DNA of 64,000 bases, from NCBI GenBank assembly GCA_002269645.1, contig NIVC01000153.1:270703-334702 (forward strand), given 5' to 3'. This document shows, in pieces, positions 1-12,984 of the stretch. The translations under genes and the position numbers were made by a program. Origin of the DNA: Macrostomum lignano (Eukaryota). Below the pieces are notes generated by a model, which saw nothing but the letters and a program-made list of their open reading frames with translations, was not told the origin of the DNA and did not search any database. Numbering within the stretch: position 1 is the first letter of the stretch; every line of letters begins with the position of its first letter.

Positions 1-250
1 TTAAACCAAACGTATTCCAGCGGCCTGAGGCACCCCAACCCTCCCCAACCCGCCCCCCCCCCTGCAAATTGAGTGCCAAATGACGCCGTGGGCGGCACGC
101 TTTTCGGGCGCGGCCGGTTTTGGACAAAAATACAGTGGGAGGAGCTTTGTCAACATCATCCCTACCCAGCTTCCTTTGCCGTTCATATACGTATATATAT
201 ATATATGTGTGTGTATATATGAGTCTCTGATTGTATATATTCACTCAGCA

Positions 251-543
251 CTCAGCAACATTGAAAAGTCGCCACCCTTTGCCCCAGTGAGCAGTGTCTT
301 TCGACCAGCCTCTATCACCTGGCCAACCATTTAAATATATAAAAATGCTTGAAAAAACAAAGAAAACCGGGCGGAAGCTTCAATCCCCACATCCAATCTT
401 TGCCCTCCGCTCTTCCCAATCCCTCCTCACTCAGCCCAACTCTGCATCGCGCCGCGTGGCGCAAGTTGCGTCACTCAAAAGTCAACATTGAGCTAGAATT
501 TACTGTGCACTGTCAAAGGTGGCGACTTTTTAATGTTGTTGAG
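251..543. mobile_element. MITE-like element of about 290 bp with ~38-bp imperfect terminal inverted repeats
   Basis: Left arm 251-289 ctcagcaacattgaaaagtcgccaccctttgccccagtg is a near-perfect reverse complement of right arm 508-543 cactgtcaaaggtggcgactttttaatgttgttgag. The interior is non-coding. The right flank is TA and the left flank is ambiguous, so no TSD is established. Confidence 0.6.
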
Positions 544-2403
544 TATATTTAATAACTCCACTGACTGGCACTCCCAATGCTGCAAGAGATCTCAGCGCTG
601 CTAAAGAATAATAAAACTTCTCCGAGTTAAAAAAAACATATGCACACAAAAATGAGCTGAAGCTTCATCAGCTGCTTTGATTACGTAATAGAGGGAAGTG
701 AATTCGCTGGCCCGATGCGGATGGGGAGCACGCACCGGAGTCCGTCAATAAGTGTCAGTTTCAGGGTGGACTGCAACCCTCCCTTGCCCCCCCCCTGCGC
801 AGTGCCATCGATGCAAAATCGACCGGCCCGCATATCCAGCATCCAACATCAATCCGCAGTCTGTACAGTGCTCCCCTCTAGCTCCTATATTCTGCCCCAT
901 GCATTCATATCGCATATTATCCTCAAATATCCCAAACAGGCGGGTCGCGTGACCTATCAGTCAGCTGTAGCCGCTAATCAGTTGCACTCCTCCCTGCCCC
1001 CTGGCAACTCATCACGGATCAGCTGAGCTATCCCCCCCAAACCCCCGCTGCGTCAACTGTCAGGACTCTACTCTCTTGTTCTGAGCCGGAAAAATCAGAC
1101 ACAATTAGAAGACAGAAGGCACAAGAGAGTCATCATGATTTGCTCAATCTCAAATGCACAGCTAGAGAAGTGTCAATCAATTTTCAAGAGCTCATTTAGA
1201 CATTTTAAGCGCATGACCGGTCGCGTCTCAAGTGCCCGAACTCGACCGTCACTCGAGTTTGCTAAGCGGTCACACTTTTCCTCTTGGGCGAACTCGTTTT
1301 GAAGAGTTCATTCTCCTCCTTCTCCTCTTCTTCAAGCATGTCGCCATTCTTCCACTGTCTCTAAGCTGAGGGAAGGGCACATTTTTGGTTAAATTAGAAT
1401 CTTCTGGCCGGCCGGCCTTCTTATCCAATTCCGAAGCGGTGAAAGTGGGACCGCTCTTGACACAGTCTTACCATCGCGCCTTCACTTTATTCTCTCTTAT
1501 ATATAAGAGTCCAACACTGGCTTTTATGGCATTAATTAAAATCCCTAGCCGAGACCTCCAAGCCACTCGACCCAGCAGCCTGTGGAGTGGGCCGCCAATC
1601 TCCACCAGCTTCATCCAGTCTCTTAAAGTCTCTTGGCTGGCTGATTTCGATCCAATCGGGGTGCAGAGTCTAAAAATATTGTGTCGCTAGGGCCAGACAG
1701 ACCCAACTCACCTGCCAGCAGCAGCAGCAGCATCAGCGGTTGCCGGCGTAGAACTCGCCCAGCTAATAGCTGCCGCTGTCGGGTTGTCATTGATTTCGAA
1801 GACTTCGAAGACTGGCGGACAGAGTGACAGGTGGCTCGTCCAGTTGCTGAATAATGCAGTGGAGTCTGCAAATCGTGTAGGGGGAGGGAGTGATGGCGGT
1901 GTTCAAAACTGCAACGCAAGCATCTTCTATGCACACTAGGAGGTAAACTTAGGAGTCTGAGAGGCGGATGAAGGAAGGGAAAAAACTGCTCCATCTTAGC
2001 AGGGTGACTTTTTGCATTCTTCTGTACCCAGTTGAGTAAGGCTTTAAGAGAAGTGTGGGAGGTGTGAGGCGAGACAATGGGAGAGTGTTGGACGGCGGTG
2101 GCCTGTCTCACTGCCCGCACGGCGAGTCCAGGGCTACGGTTGAGTCACCACCGATCCTGGCAGTGAGCGATGATGGACATGCGCTGACTTTCCCACTTTT
2201 ACCCTGGCGATGATGGGGAAGAAGGTGTGAATGATTAGTCTCTGGTTTTTAAGCCTCCGCGACTTGCTGGCTTTGCTAGAAGACCAGTCTCAATCTATTT
2301 TTAAACACACTTTCACTTTGCTGTCTTTTCAGATGAGTTCTTGTTAGTTGTTGGCATCCGCGAATGGCCTGGACAATTGGGACATTGGGTTAACTAATAT
2401 GAC

Positions 2404-3262
2404 ATGATTTTATGTACTGTGGGATTCTTGTTGTGAGTTTATTATGTAACTAAATGTTGATTTTATGTTCTGTGGGATTCTTATTGTGAGTTTATTATGT
2501 AACTAAATGCTGATTTTATGTACTGTGGGATGCTTGTTGTGAGTTTATTATGTAACTAAATGCTGATTTTATGTACTGTGGGATGCTTGTTGTGAGTTTA
2601 TTATGTAACTAAATGCTGATTTTATGTACTGTGGGATGCTTGTTGTGAGTTTATTATGTAACTAAATGCTGATTTTATGTACTGTGGGATGCTTGTTGTG
2701 AGTTTATTATGTAACTAAATGCTGATTTTATGTACTGTGGGATGCTTGTTGTGAGTTTATTATGTAACTAAATGCTGATTTTATGTACTGTGGGATTCAT
2801 AATGTGAGTTTATTATGTAAATAAATGTTGATTTTATGTTCTGTGGGATTCTTATTGTCAGTTTAATATGCAACTAAATGTTAATTTTATGTACTGTGGG
2901 ATTCTTATTGTGAGTTTATTATGTAACTAAATGTTAATTTTATGTACTGTGGGATTCTTATTGTGAGTTTATTATGTAACTAAATGTTAATTTTATGTAC
3001 TGTAGGATTCTTATTGTGAGTTTATTATGTAACTAAATGTTAATTTTATGTACTGTGGGATTCTTATTGTGAGTTTATTATGTAACTAAATGTTAATTTT
3101 ATGTACTGTGGGATTCTTATTGTAAGTTTAATATGCAACTAAATGTTGATTTTATGTACTGTGGGATTCTTATTGTGAGTTTAATATGCAACTAAATGTT
3201 GATTTTATGTACTGTGGGATTCTTATTGTGAGTTTATTATGTAAATAAATGTTAATTTTATG
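2404..3262. repeat. 53-bp AT-rich minisatellite, ~16 copies
   Basis: Unit gattttatgtactgtgggatgcttgttgtgagtttattatgtaactaaatgct; period measured 2512 to 2565. Confidence 0.95.
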
Positions 3263-4044
3263 TACAGTAGCTTGTGAATAAACCTCTGGCAAAAGCACCT
3301 GCGCAAAAATGTTTAAAGAAAAAATTTAAGAAAACGAGAAATTGCGGAATTGGCCATATGAAGGGATAACTGTGGGAACTGATGGGAGCACAAGGAGAAG
3401 CAGAGAAAGAATCCCCTGGCTTGGCCACCTTTGCCCAGCCAGCGCGACTTTGCGTGACCAAGAAAAAGCGGCAGACGAGAAAGCAACGGCAGTTGCAGTG
3501 GGCGTGGGATATTTGAAAAAGCGGCCTCGGGTCAAAGCGCCGGATTAGCAAGGGGACATTTTAGCCGCATGTTGGGATTCGAACTGTTGCTCCGGTCATG
3601 CATGGCCATCCCACTGATATTGCAGTACAATTTAGCGGCAACCTGCGAGCACTCTTCATCTCTTGTTTGAAGCCGCGTAAGGAGATCAATTTGGGTTGGT
3701 CCTGTGTTGGGAGAGATAAATCTTTCGATTTGTGGGTTCCTCAGCTTCCCCCCCCCCCGGGCGGGTTAATTATGAATGCTATATGTGAATATAGAACTTG
3801 GCATACATAGTGTTCTGGTAATGCATAATTAGATAGATCTGAGCGAGAAAGAGGATTGAAAACTTCAAGCTCAGTGAAATATAACCTGCTTGGAAATTAT
3901 TTTCGGTTTAGCTCGAATTATGAGAACTAGACTTCTCATGAACCGCGTGAAGGGTCTATTTTTTAGGAGAGTCGAGACTGCCATGGAGAAAGAGATTAAT
4001 GGGAAGCAAGGGGAAGAGAGAGGAAAGCTAAGGAAGAAAAGCTA

Positions 4045-4462
4045 AGGGAGAGAGCGGATAGCTGGGGAGAGAGCGGAAAGCTGGTGAGAGAGAGAGAGGA
4101 TAGTTGGGGAGAGAGAGCGGATAGCTGGGGAGAGAGAGCGGATAGCTGGGGAGAGAGAGCGGATAGCTGAGGAGAGAGAGCGGATAGCTGAGGAGAGAGA
4201 GCGGATAGCTGGGGAGAGAGAGCGGATAGCTGGGGAGAGAGAGCGGATAGCTGGTGAGAGAGAGCGGATAGCTGGGGAGAGAGAGCGGATAGCTGGGGAG
4301 AGAGAGCGGATAGCTGGGGAGAGAGAGCGGATAGGTGGGAGAGAGAGCGGATAGCTGGGGAGAGAGAGCGGATAGCTGGGGAGAGAAAGCGGATAGGTGG
4401 GGAGAGAGAGCGGATAGGTGGGGAGAGAGAGCGGATAGGTGGGGAGAGAGAGCGGATAGCTG
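4045..4462. repeat. 21-bp purine-rich minisatellite, ~19 copies
   Basis: Unit atagctggggagagagagcgg; gives the 7-aa periodic pseudo-ORF SPAIRSL. Confidence 0.95.
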
Positions 4463-5045
4463 GAGAACAGCTGGAAGCCAGAGGAGAAAAAAGCTATCTG
4501 AAATCGGATTCGATTCGAGGTGCTTCCGAGAGTTTTGCTAAATTTCGGCTGCTCAGGGTGGCGGGCCAGGTCAGGCTGGTGATTCATCGGCAGCCGCCTC
4601 CCATGTCCACTTCTATTTATCACGAGCGAGATTTCGGTTAAAGTAGGAGAGGCTCGAGATGGTGAAAGCTGAGTCCTCTGGAGTCCCCTAGAGCTCCCCT
4701 GAGCACAAGAAACAGCTCGGAGAGTTAAAAGCTCGGCCTGTTTCCCCAGCTTTGCTGGCTTGCCCACTTTTCAGCTTTTTAGTTTCCTGCTCAGTTGCTG
4801 CCGGGCTGGCTGCGCCGCTGTCAATTATGCAATGCCCAGCCTCATTTCTAGGAAATTCTCGCGTAAATTATTCCTTGGTGTTTTGCTCCCGCCTCACTGG
4901 CTTTTTTGCACTGAATTTTCTTTAATTATCAACTCCCTTTGAAGTTCCTTGTTCTCGGAATTGAAAAGAGTTCTGAAATCTCAGAGATCCCCACCGGAGC
5001 TACTAGAAATACTCCCGTCAAAATGCTCCCATCGAAAGACCCCCA

Positions 5046-5412
5046 TCAGAATACCCCCAGCGGAATACCCGCATTGGAATACCCTCATTGGAATACCACC
5101 ATCGGAATGAATAACACATCGGAATACACCCATCGGAATACCCACATCGGAATACCCCCATTAGAATACCCCCGTCGGAATACCCCATCCGAATACCCGC
5201 ATTGGAATACCCGCATTGGAATACCCGCATTAGAATACCCGCATTGGAATACCCGTATTGGAATACCCGCATTGGAATACCCGCTTTAGAATACCCGCAT
5301 TGGAATACCCGCATTGGAATACCCGCATTGGAATACCCGCATTGGAATACCCGCATTGGAATACCCGCATTGGAATACCCGCATTGGAATACCCGCATTG
5401 GAACACCCCATT
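5046..5412. repeat. 14-bp minisatellite
   Basis: Unit ggaatacccgcatt, degenerate at the left end. Confidence 0.95.
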
Positions 5413-6552
5413 GGAGTACATGCAGATAACAGCACATCAACTACCCTAGCTAGCAGCAAATTTTGCACTCCAGGGTTCCAATAGCCATCGAGTCAGCCAG
5501 GCTGCCCGGAAAAATGGTGTCCCAATGTTCCTAAATTGTTCTCCGCATGCTGGAAAGTGGATGAACAGCGCAGCTTTCACCGCATGGGGACAGCGCATGG
5601 GGACAGCGGGTGGGCCGGGGGGGGAGGGCGCACAGCCCGTTGAACTTCATCGCTTCCCGATGCTTCATCCCCGTTAGCTCTGTCAATTTTTTTTTCTGCA
5701 ACTCCGAGCGCTTCCGCGGGCAAACTGTTAGCCGGGCGGCAGACAGGAATATGTGTCGGAACTGAAAAGGGAAAATCGATTCCCAAACCAGTGGGAGCGG
5801 CTGCCCAATTCAAAAAATGGGAAGAGGAGAACACTGGGAGAATTCTACTCGGATTCAATCTCAACCCGCGCGCGCTATTGTTTGACTGGTGAAAAAAGTT
5901 CGAACAGAACTCGTGGAAGCCTTGGAGTTTTAGCAGACAGGCAGAGGGGAGAGGCTGAAACTGATTTCTGCTGATTCTAGTAGCAGCAAAAGCAGAGAAT
6001 TTTCTTCCCTCTTCGGCGGGGTCAAAATCAGTAATTAGAATCGCTTTCAGTAATTCCAAAACTGTTCCACCCGAGCACTAACAAAAGAATTCGTTAAACA
6101 AACTCTTCTGTGGGATCGGGAATTGCAAAAGAAGACTGTTGCAGACAGTGCCAGAGGGGGTCACTTACCAGCAAGAATGTTTCGAGGCCGTGCTGTTAGC
6201 TGGAGAATTCCTGCAAAACCTTTATTATTCGTGGCAAAGCGTGGCGGCAAGGTTTAGCGCTGATGCGGCGGGCGTGCATTCTCTGCTAGAAAGGAAACTC
6301 TGCTTGGGACTGAAGATGGCTGAGGGGAAGCGAGAGGCCAGATATTTATGCGCTAACTGAGGTGGCCACAAGGTAAAGGAGAAAATCCCACAACCTCACT
6401 GCTGAGCCGGCAATAGGGGGATGGGCTGGACCAATTGCCGGGCAGTGAGACTGAGGCAGGGAAGGAGGGAAATCCTACTGTTAGTAGCCACAGAGTCACG
6501 CTTGGTGCCAGCCTGCCAGTTCTTGATGACTCTTAGATCTGCTATCTTCATG

Positions 6553-7262
6553 TTCCCAGATCCCTAGATTTCCAGATCCTCAGATCCCCAGATCACAGAT
6601 AGCCAAATCCTCAGATCCCCAGATCCCCAAATACCGGATCCTCAGATCCCCCAGATCCCCAGATCCTTAGATCCCCAGATTCCCAGATCCTTAGATCCCC
6701 AGATTCCCAGATCCCCAGATCACAGATAGCCAAATCCTCAGATCCCCAGATCCCCAAATACCGGATCCTCAGATCCCCAGATCTCCAGATCCCGAGATCC
6801 ACAGATCCTTAGATCCCCAGATACTTAGATCCCCAGATCCACAGATCCTTAGATCCCCACCCTTAGAGCCCCAGACCCTTAGATCCCCATATCCTTAGAT
6901 CCCAAAATCCTCAGATCCCTAGATATTCAGATCTTTAGATTCCCAGATCCTTAGATCCCCAGATCCCCAGATAGCCAGGTCCTCAGATCTCCAGATCTCA
7001 AATCCCTAGATCCTCAGATCCCCAAAGTCTCAGATCCCCAGATCCCCAAATTCTCAGATCCCCACATCCCCAGATAACTAAATCTCCAAATCGTTAAATG
7101 TCCAGGTACCCAGATCCTTTCATCACCAGCTCCTTAGATCCCCGGCTCCCCAAATCCTTAGATCCCCAGATCCCCAGATCTCCAGATATCCAGATCCTTA
7201 GCTCCCCAGATCATTAGATCCTAACATCCCAGATCCAGAGATGATTAGATTCCCTCATCTTT
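6553..7262 (+). repeat. 8-bp ccccagat satellite, degenerate array A
   Basis: Variants of ccccagat/cctcagat/ccttagat in tandem. Confidence 0.9.
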
Positions 7263-8059
7263 AGATCATCGTATCTGAGCCAGTGTTAAAGAAACACGCA
7301 TTGAAGCTGTGCCTGGAAAAGCTTTATTGTGAATACGAGCGTAAAGAGCTTCATCAGAGCTTCAGTTCCCGATACTCACAAATTTCAAGAGAAAAGTGCA
7401 TAGAATTATACTGAGCAGAACCCGCTGCTCAGCTGCCCGGCAACATAATATAGATTTCACCCGACATCATTCCGCCGCTCCCCCTAAGCGGAAGTGGAAC
7501 CCAGAGCAATGGACTGTTATTTGGGCAATTTTTCTTTAAAAAACATTCTTTTATTTTCATCCGCGCAAATTTTAGGCCACAACGCCGATCCGAAAATAAT
7601 CTGCTCTCATTTTCTATTAATATTATCAGTTAGTTTGATGACTAAAAACTGAATTTTTGTTGTATTGATTCTCGATAATTGCTTCTGTGTACAGAAAGCT
7701 TTATGTGTGCCCCTTACCTTCGGCCGACCACTAATTATCCTGAAGAAATGCTTTTTTGGATTGGATTGCCATGCCATTGCGGCGTTCCTGTTTCTTAGAA
7801 AAGAGGAAATAAACAAAAATCGTGCTATGGTGGATAATACGCTCATAGGTTTGTTTTAAATAGCAGTATTTAATTCTTTGAACTCATGTTCTGCTGTGAT
7901 TGTAGATGCAAAAAATTAATAAAATGCGATATTTGCTACTTAGTGAGTAGGTTTAGCTTTCTCTTATTTATAATAGAACTTGGGGTCAAAAGTGCATTCA
8001 AAGCTTATGCATCACATGCATTTACTTATAAAACTGCTAATGACCAATATGTATCTGCA

Positions 8060-9240
8060 GTCAGATCTCGAGATCACCAGAGCCCCAGATCCTCAGAGCC
8101 CCAGATCCCCAGATCCTCAGAGCCCCAGATCCTCAGATCCCCAGATCCTCAGAGCCCCAGATCCTCAGATCCCCAGATCCTCAGAGCCCCAGATCCTCAG
8201 AGCCCCAGATCCTCAGAGCCCCAGATCCTCAGAGCCCCAGATCCCCAGATCTATAGATCCCCAGATTCCCAGATTCCCAGATCACCAGATCCCCAGATCC
8301 TCAGATCCTCAAATCCCCAGATCACCAGATCCCCAGATTCCCAGATCCTTAGACCACCAGATCCCCAGATTCCCAGATCCTTAGATCACCAGATCCCCAG
8401 ATTCCCAGATCCTTAGATCACCAGATCCCCAGATTTCCAGATTCCCAGATCATCAGATCCCCAGATCACTAGATCACTAGATCACTAGATCACTAGATCA
8501 CTAGATCACCAGATCCTTAGATCACTAGATCCCCAGATCATCAGATCCCCAGATCCTCAGAGCCCCAGATCCTCAGAGCCCCAGATCCCCAGATTCCCAG
8601 ATTCCCAGATCACCAGATCCCCAGATCCTCAGATCCTTAAATCCCCAGATCACCAGATCCCCAGATTCCCAGATCCTTAGACCACCAGATCCCCAGATTC
8701 CCAGATCCTTAGATCACCAGATCCCCAGATTCCCAGATCCTTAGACCACCAGATCCCCAGATTCCCAGATCCTTAGATCACCAGATCCCCAGATTCCCAG
8801 ATCCTTAGATCACCAGATCCCCAGATTCCCAGATCCTTAGATCACCAGATCGCCAGATTTCCAGATTCCCAGATCATCAGATCCCCAGATCACTAGATCA
8901 CTAGATCACCAGATCCTTAGATCACTAGATCCCCAGATCATCAGATCCCCAGATCACCAGTTTCTTAGATCACCAGATCCCCAGATTCCCAGATCACCAG
9001 ATCCCCAGATCCCCAGATCCCCAGATCCCCAGATCCCCAGATCCCCAGATCCTCAGATCCCCAGATCCCCAGATCCCCAGATCCCCAGATCCCCAGATCC
9101 CCAGATCCTCAGATCCCCAGTTCCTTAGATCACCAGATCCCCAGATCACCAGATCACCAGATCCCCAGATCCCCAGATCCTCAGATCCCCAGTTCCTTAG
9201 ATCACCAGATCCCCAGATTCCCAGATCACCAGATCCTCAG
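8060..9240 (+). repeat. 8-bp ccccagat satellite, array B
   Basis: Same unit and orientation as array A, with internal longer-period duplications. Confidence 0.95.
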
Positions 9241-9363
9241 TAAAGTAGCATAGGCTCCCTATCAATCATTGGTATGCAGAACTGGGGATCAGAATGCAGT
9301 CGGAACTAACACAGTAAGGAACCAGTTCATTTTCTCTAGAAACTTGGCGAATGTCGTCCTGCC

Positions 9364-9371
9364 TATAAATA
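9364..9371 (+). promoter_or_regulatory. Possible TATA box upstream of the hydrolase gene
   Basis: cctataaatagc lies about 300 bp upstream of ATG 9670. Position only; no transcript evidence. Confidence 0.25.
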
Positions 9372-9669
9372 GCAATCAAAACAAACTGACTGCTCATGCG
9401 ACAGAAGCCATGCCTATTCCATAGAATTCAAGCATTCAAAAATGTTTTTTGATAAGCCCGAGTTTTTTATAAAGCAGATAAAAATACCGACAATGTACAA
9501 TTGTACATACACTTATATATCTCTATTGCGCTGTGTACATTGATTACCGCGAGCGCTAACTGCCGCCAGTATAAACACCCTGGGCCAACTTGAGTATCCA
9601 GACCAACCTTCGAATTTGACTTCAATGCGACTAACTATACTCAGAGTTGTTACTAAAGAGAAATTAAAA

Positions 9670-12140
9670 ATGTTTTGCCCGATAGTTCTGCTGCTCATCG
9701 TTGCCTTGTCAACGGCTTCAGACAGGTGGGATCCGGATGGTCAGGTGCAGTATTCCCCCGGCTCAGCCTGCATCGTGCTCAGCGCTCCTCATGGCGGCAG
9801 GCAGAGGCCCGATTGGATCTCAGATCGGCGAGCTGTTGGCTGCGAGACTGCCGACGGTGACTGCAGGTGGAATGCCACCTGCCCGGGCTCCAGCTGCAGG
9901 GCACTACTGTACGGCGATCCCAATACCCGCGAGATCGCCACGGCCGTCCGGGACTACCTGACTGAGGACGGGCTGCGGCCGCACCTCATTGCCAATCACA
10001 TGGACCGGATGAAGATGGACCCGAATAGGGGCGGCCCGACTCTGTCCGAGGGTGACAGCTGACCTTTGTGCTGCTCATTGCTGTATTAGACCGCGGGGTC
10101 TGGGGATCTTAGGATCTGGGGATCTGGCGATCTGCGGATCCGGGGATCTGGAGAGGATCTGGGGATCTGGGGATCTGGGGATCTGAGGATCTGGGGATCT
10201 GGGGATCTGGCGATCTGGCGATCTGGCGATCTGGCGATCTGGGGATCTTGGGATCTGGGAATCTGGGGATCTGGGGATCTGGGGATCTGGGGATCTGGGG
10301 ATCTGGGGATCTGGGGATCTGGGGATCTGGGGATCTGGGGATCTGGGGATCTGGGGATCTGGGGATCTGGGGATCTGGGGATCTGGGGATCTGGGGATCT
10401 GGGGATCTGGGGATCTGGGGATCTGGGGATCTGGGGATCTGGGGATCTGGGGATCTAAAGATCTGGGATCTGGGGATCTGGGGATCTGGGGATCTGGGGA
10501 TCTAAAGATCTGGGGATCTGGGGATCTGGGGATCTAAAGATCTGGGATCTGGGGATCTGGGGATCTGGGGATCTGGGGATCTGGGGATCTGGGGATCTGG
10601 GGATCTGGGGATCTGGGGATCTGGGGATCTGGGGATCTGGGGATCCGGGGATCTGGGGATCTTGGGATCTGGGGATCAAAGGAGCTGGGGGTTGAAAGAT
10701 TTGAGCATTGAAGATGCTGAAAAGCGCTGTTGTCCCGCGTCAATCCCAAATGAGCAGGCATCCAGTGCGACCCGGCTGCCAAGCGAGTCTACGACAGTTA
10801 CCATGGCTTCGTGAGGCAGGCCGTTGATGCCGTGCGGCGGAGCTGCCGGGGCCGCGGACTCTTGCTCGACATTCACGGGCAGCATCATCCGCAGAACTGG
10901 ACTGAGATTGGCTACCTGTGCGTCTGGGGTGTTGAATGAGTTTGTGAATAAGCTAAGGTATAGTTGGTTAATGAACTAAGCTAGAGTTGGTGAATGAGCT
11001 GGGCTAGAGTTCGTGAATGAGCTGGGCTAGAGTTCGTGAATGAATGAGCTAGAGTTGGTGAATGAGCTGAGCTAGAGTTCGTGAATGAATGAGCTAGAGT
11101 TCGTGAATGAGCTGAGCTAGAGTTCGTGAATGAATGAGCTAGAGTTGGTGAATGAGCTGAGCTAGAGTTGGTGAATGAGCTGAGCTAGAGTTGGTGAATG
11201 AATGAGCTAGAGTCGGTGAATGAATGAGCTAGAGTTGGTGAATGAGCTAAGCTAGAGTTGGTGAATGAATGAGCTAGAGTCGGTGAATGAGCTAAGCTAG
11301 AGTTGGTGAATGAGCTGAGCTAGAGTTGGTGAATGAATGAGCTAGAGTTGGTGAATGAATGAGCTAGAGTCGGTGAATGAATGAGCTAGAGTTAGTGAAT
11401 GAGCTGAGCTAGAGTTCGTGAATGAATGAGCTAGAGTTGGTGAATGAATGAGCTAAGCTAGAGTTGGTGAATGAATGAGCTAAGCTAGAGTTGGTGAATG
11501 AGCTAACCTAGAGTTGGTGAATGAGCTAAGCTAGAGTTGGTGAATGAATGAGCTAAGCTAGAGTTGGTGAATGAGCTAAGCTAGAGTTGGTGAATGAGCT
11601 AACCTAGAGTTGGTGAATGAGCTAAGCTAGAGTTGGTGAATGAATGAGCTAAGCTAGAGTTAGTGAATGAGCTAAGCTAGTTGGTGAATAAGAAAAAGGC
11701 TATAGTTGGTGACTGTGCCAGTGTGAGCTGGTGACTCACCCGAACACCGCAGGCTAAGAAAGACGCAGCTGAACAGCGGCCAGTACCCAGCTGACAGCAC
11801 CAGCATCCGCGGCCTGGTCGGCCGCTCCTCCCGCGATTCCGCGAGTTCTTTGTCCGCCCGCAAGTTCATCATCGGCGACCGGAGCTTCGGCAGCCTGTTG
11901 AACAGCTTCGGCTATCGGGTTGTGCCAAGCGCCAGCGTGCCCGCCCCGGAGACTGGAGGCTACTACTCTGGCGGCTTCATCACTCGGCAGTACGGCTCAT
12001 TGACTGGCGGCGAGTTCGACTCAATGCAGGTTGAGATCACCCAGGCGGTGATGTACGCCAGCGAGGCCGAACGGGACCGCTTCAGCCGCCACCTGGCTGC
12101 CACCATCGGGCTGTTTGCCAGGGTCAACGGCTACGCCTGA
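9670..12140 (+). CDS. Secreted N-formylglutamate amidohydrolase-like (Zn-exopeptidase fold) protein, 309 aa. Exons 9670-10051, 10758-10917, 11753-12140.
   Basis: Hydrophobic signal peptide MFCPIVLLLIVALSTAS; motifs LSAPHGG, MDPNR, LLLDIHGQHH, EIGYL and MQVEI. GT-AG junctions gag g|gtgaca..gagcag|gc (phase 1) and ct|gtgcgt..ccgcag|g (phase 2) give one 930-nt frame ending in TGA. The family call is from motif recall, not a database search. Confidence 0.8.
10098..10677 (-). repeat. 8-bp satellite array C (atctgggg), inverted relative to arrays A and B, in hydrolase intron 1
   Basis: Near-perfect (atctgggg)n, the reverse complement of ccccagat. Confidence 0.95.
10935..11690. repeat. Variable ~22-27-bp minisatellite filling hydrolase intron 2
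   Basis: Core gagctagagttggtgaatga with aatg/gcta expansions. Confidence 0.93.
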
Positions 12141-12155
12141 GCCCTCCCGACCTGC

Positions 12156-12984
12156 ACCCCTGCATCTCCCATCCCTGCATCCCTGCATCTCCCATCCCTG
12201 CATCTCCCATCCCTGCATCTCCCATACCTGCATCTCCCATCCCTGCATCTCCCATCCCTGCATCTCCCATCCCTGCATCTCCCATCCCTGCATCTCCCAT
12301 CCCTGCATCTCCCATCCCTGCATCTCCCATCCCTGCATCTCCCATCCCTGCATCTCCCATCCCTGCATCTCCCATCCCTGCATCTCCCATCCCTGCATCT
12401 CCCATCCCTGCATCTCCCATCCCTGCATCTCCCATCCCTGCATCTCCCATCCCTGCATCTCCCATCCCTGCATCTCCCATCCCTGCATCTCCCATCCCTG
12501 CATCTCCCATCCCTGCATCTCCCATCCCTGCATCTCCCATCCCTGCATCTCCCATCCCTGCATCTCCCATCCCTGCATCTCCCATCCCTGCATCTCCCAT
12601 CCCTGCATCTCCCATCCCTGCATCTCCCATCCCTGCATCTCCCATCCCTGCATCTCCCATCCCTGCATCTCCCATCCCTGCATCTCCCATCCCTGCATCT
12701 CCCATCCCTGCATCTCCCATCCCTGCATCTCCCATCCCTGCATCTCCCATCCCTGCATCTCCCATCCCTGCATCTCCCATCCCTGCATCTCCCATCCCTG
12801 CATCTCCCATCCCTGCATCTCCCATCCCTGCATCTCCCATCCCTGCATCTCCCATCCCTGCATCTCCCATCCCTGCATCTCCCATCCCTGCATCTCCCAT
12901 CCCTGCATCTCCCATCCCTGCATCTCCCATCCCTGCATCTCCCATCCCTGCATCTCCCATCCCTGCATCTCCTATCTCTGCATC
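12156..12984. repeat. 15-bp C-rich minisatellite, ~54 near-perfect copies, directly after the hydrolase stop codon
   Basis: Unit ccctgcatctcccat; a single variant was seen near 12225. Confidence 0.97.

Noticed and set aside
1235-1375. Minus-strand acidic peptide RQWKNGDMLEEEEKEENELFKTSSPKRKSVTA as a terminal exon
   Set aside because: Could not be joined in phase to any upstream exon, and the purine-rich composition alone explains it.
1623-6360. Short non-repeat ORFs at 1623, 3342, 5577 and 6139
   Set aside because: No recognisable domains, no consistent splice chain and no coding-like codon pattern.
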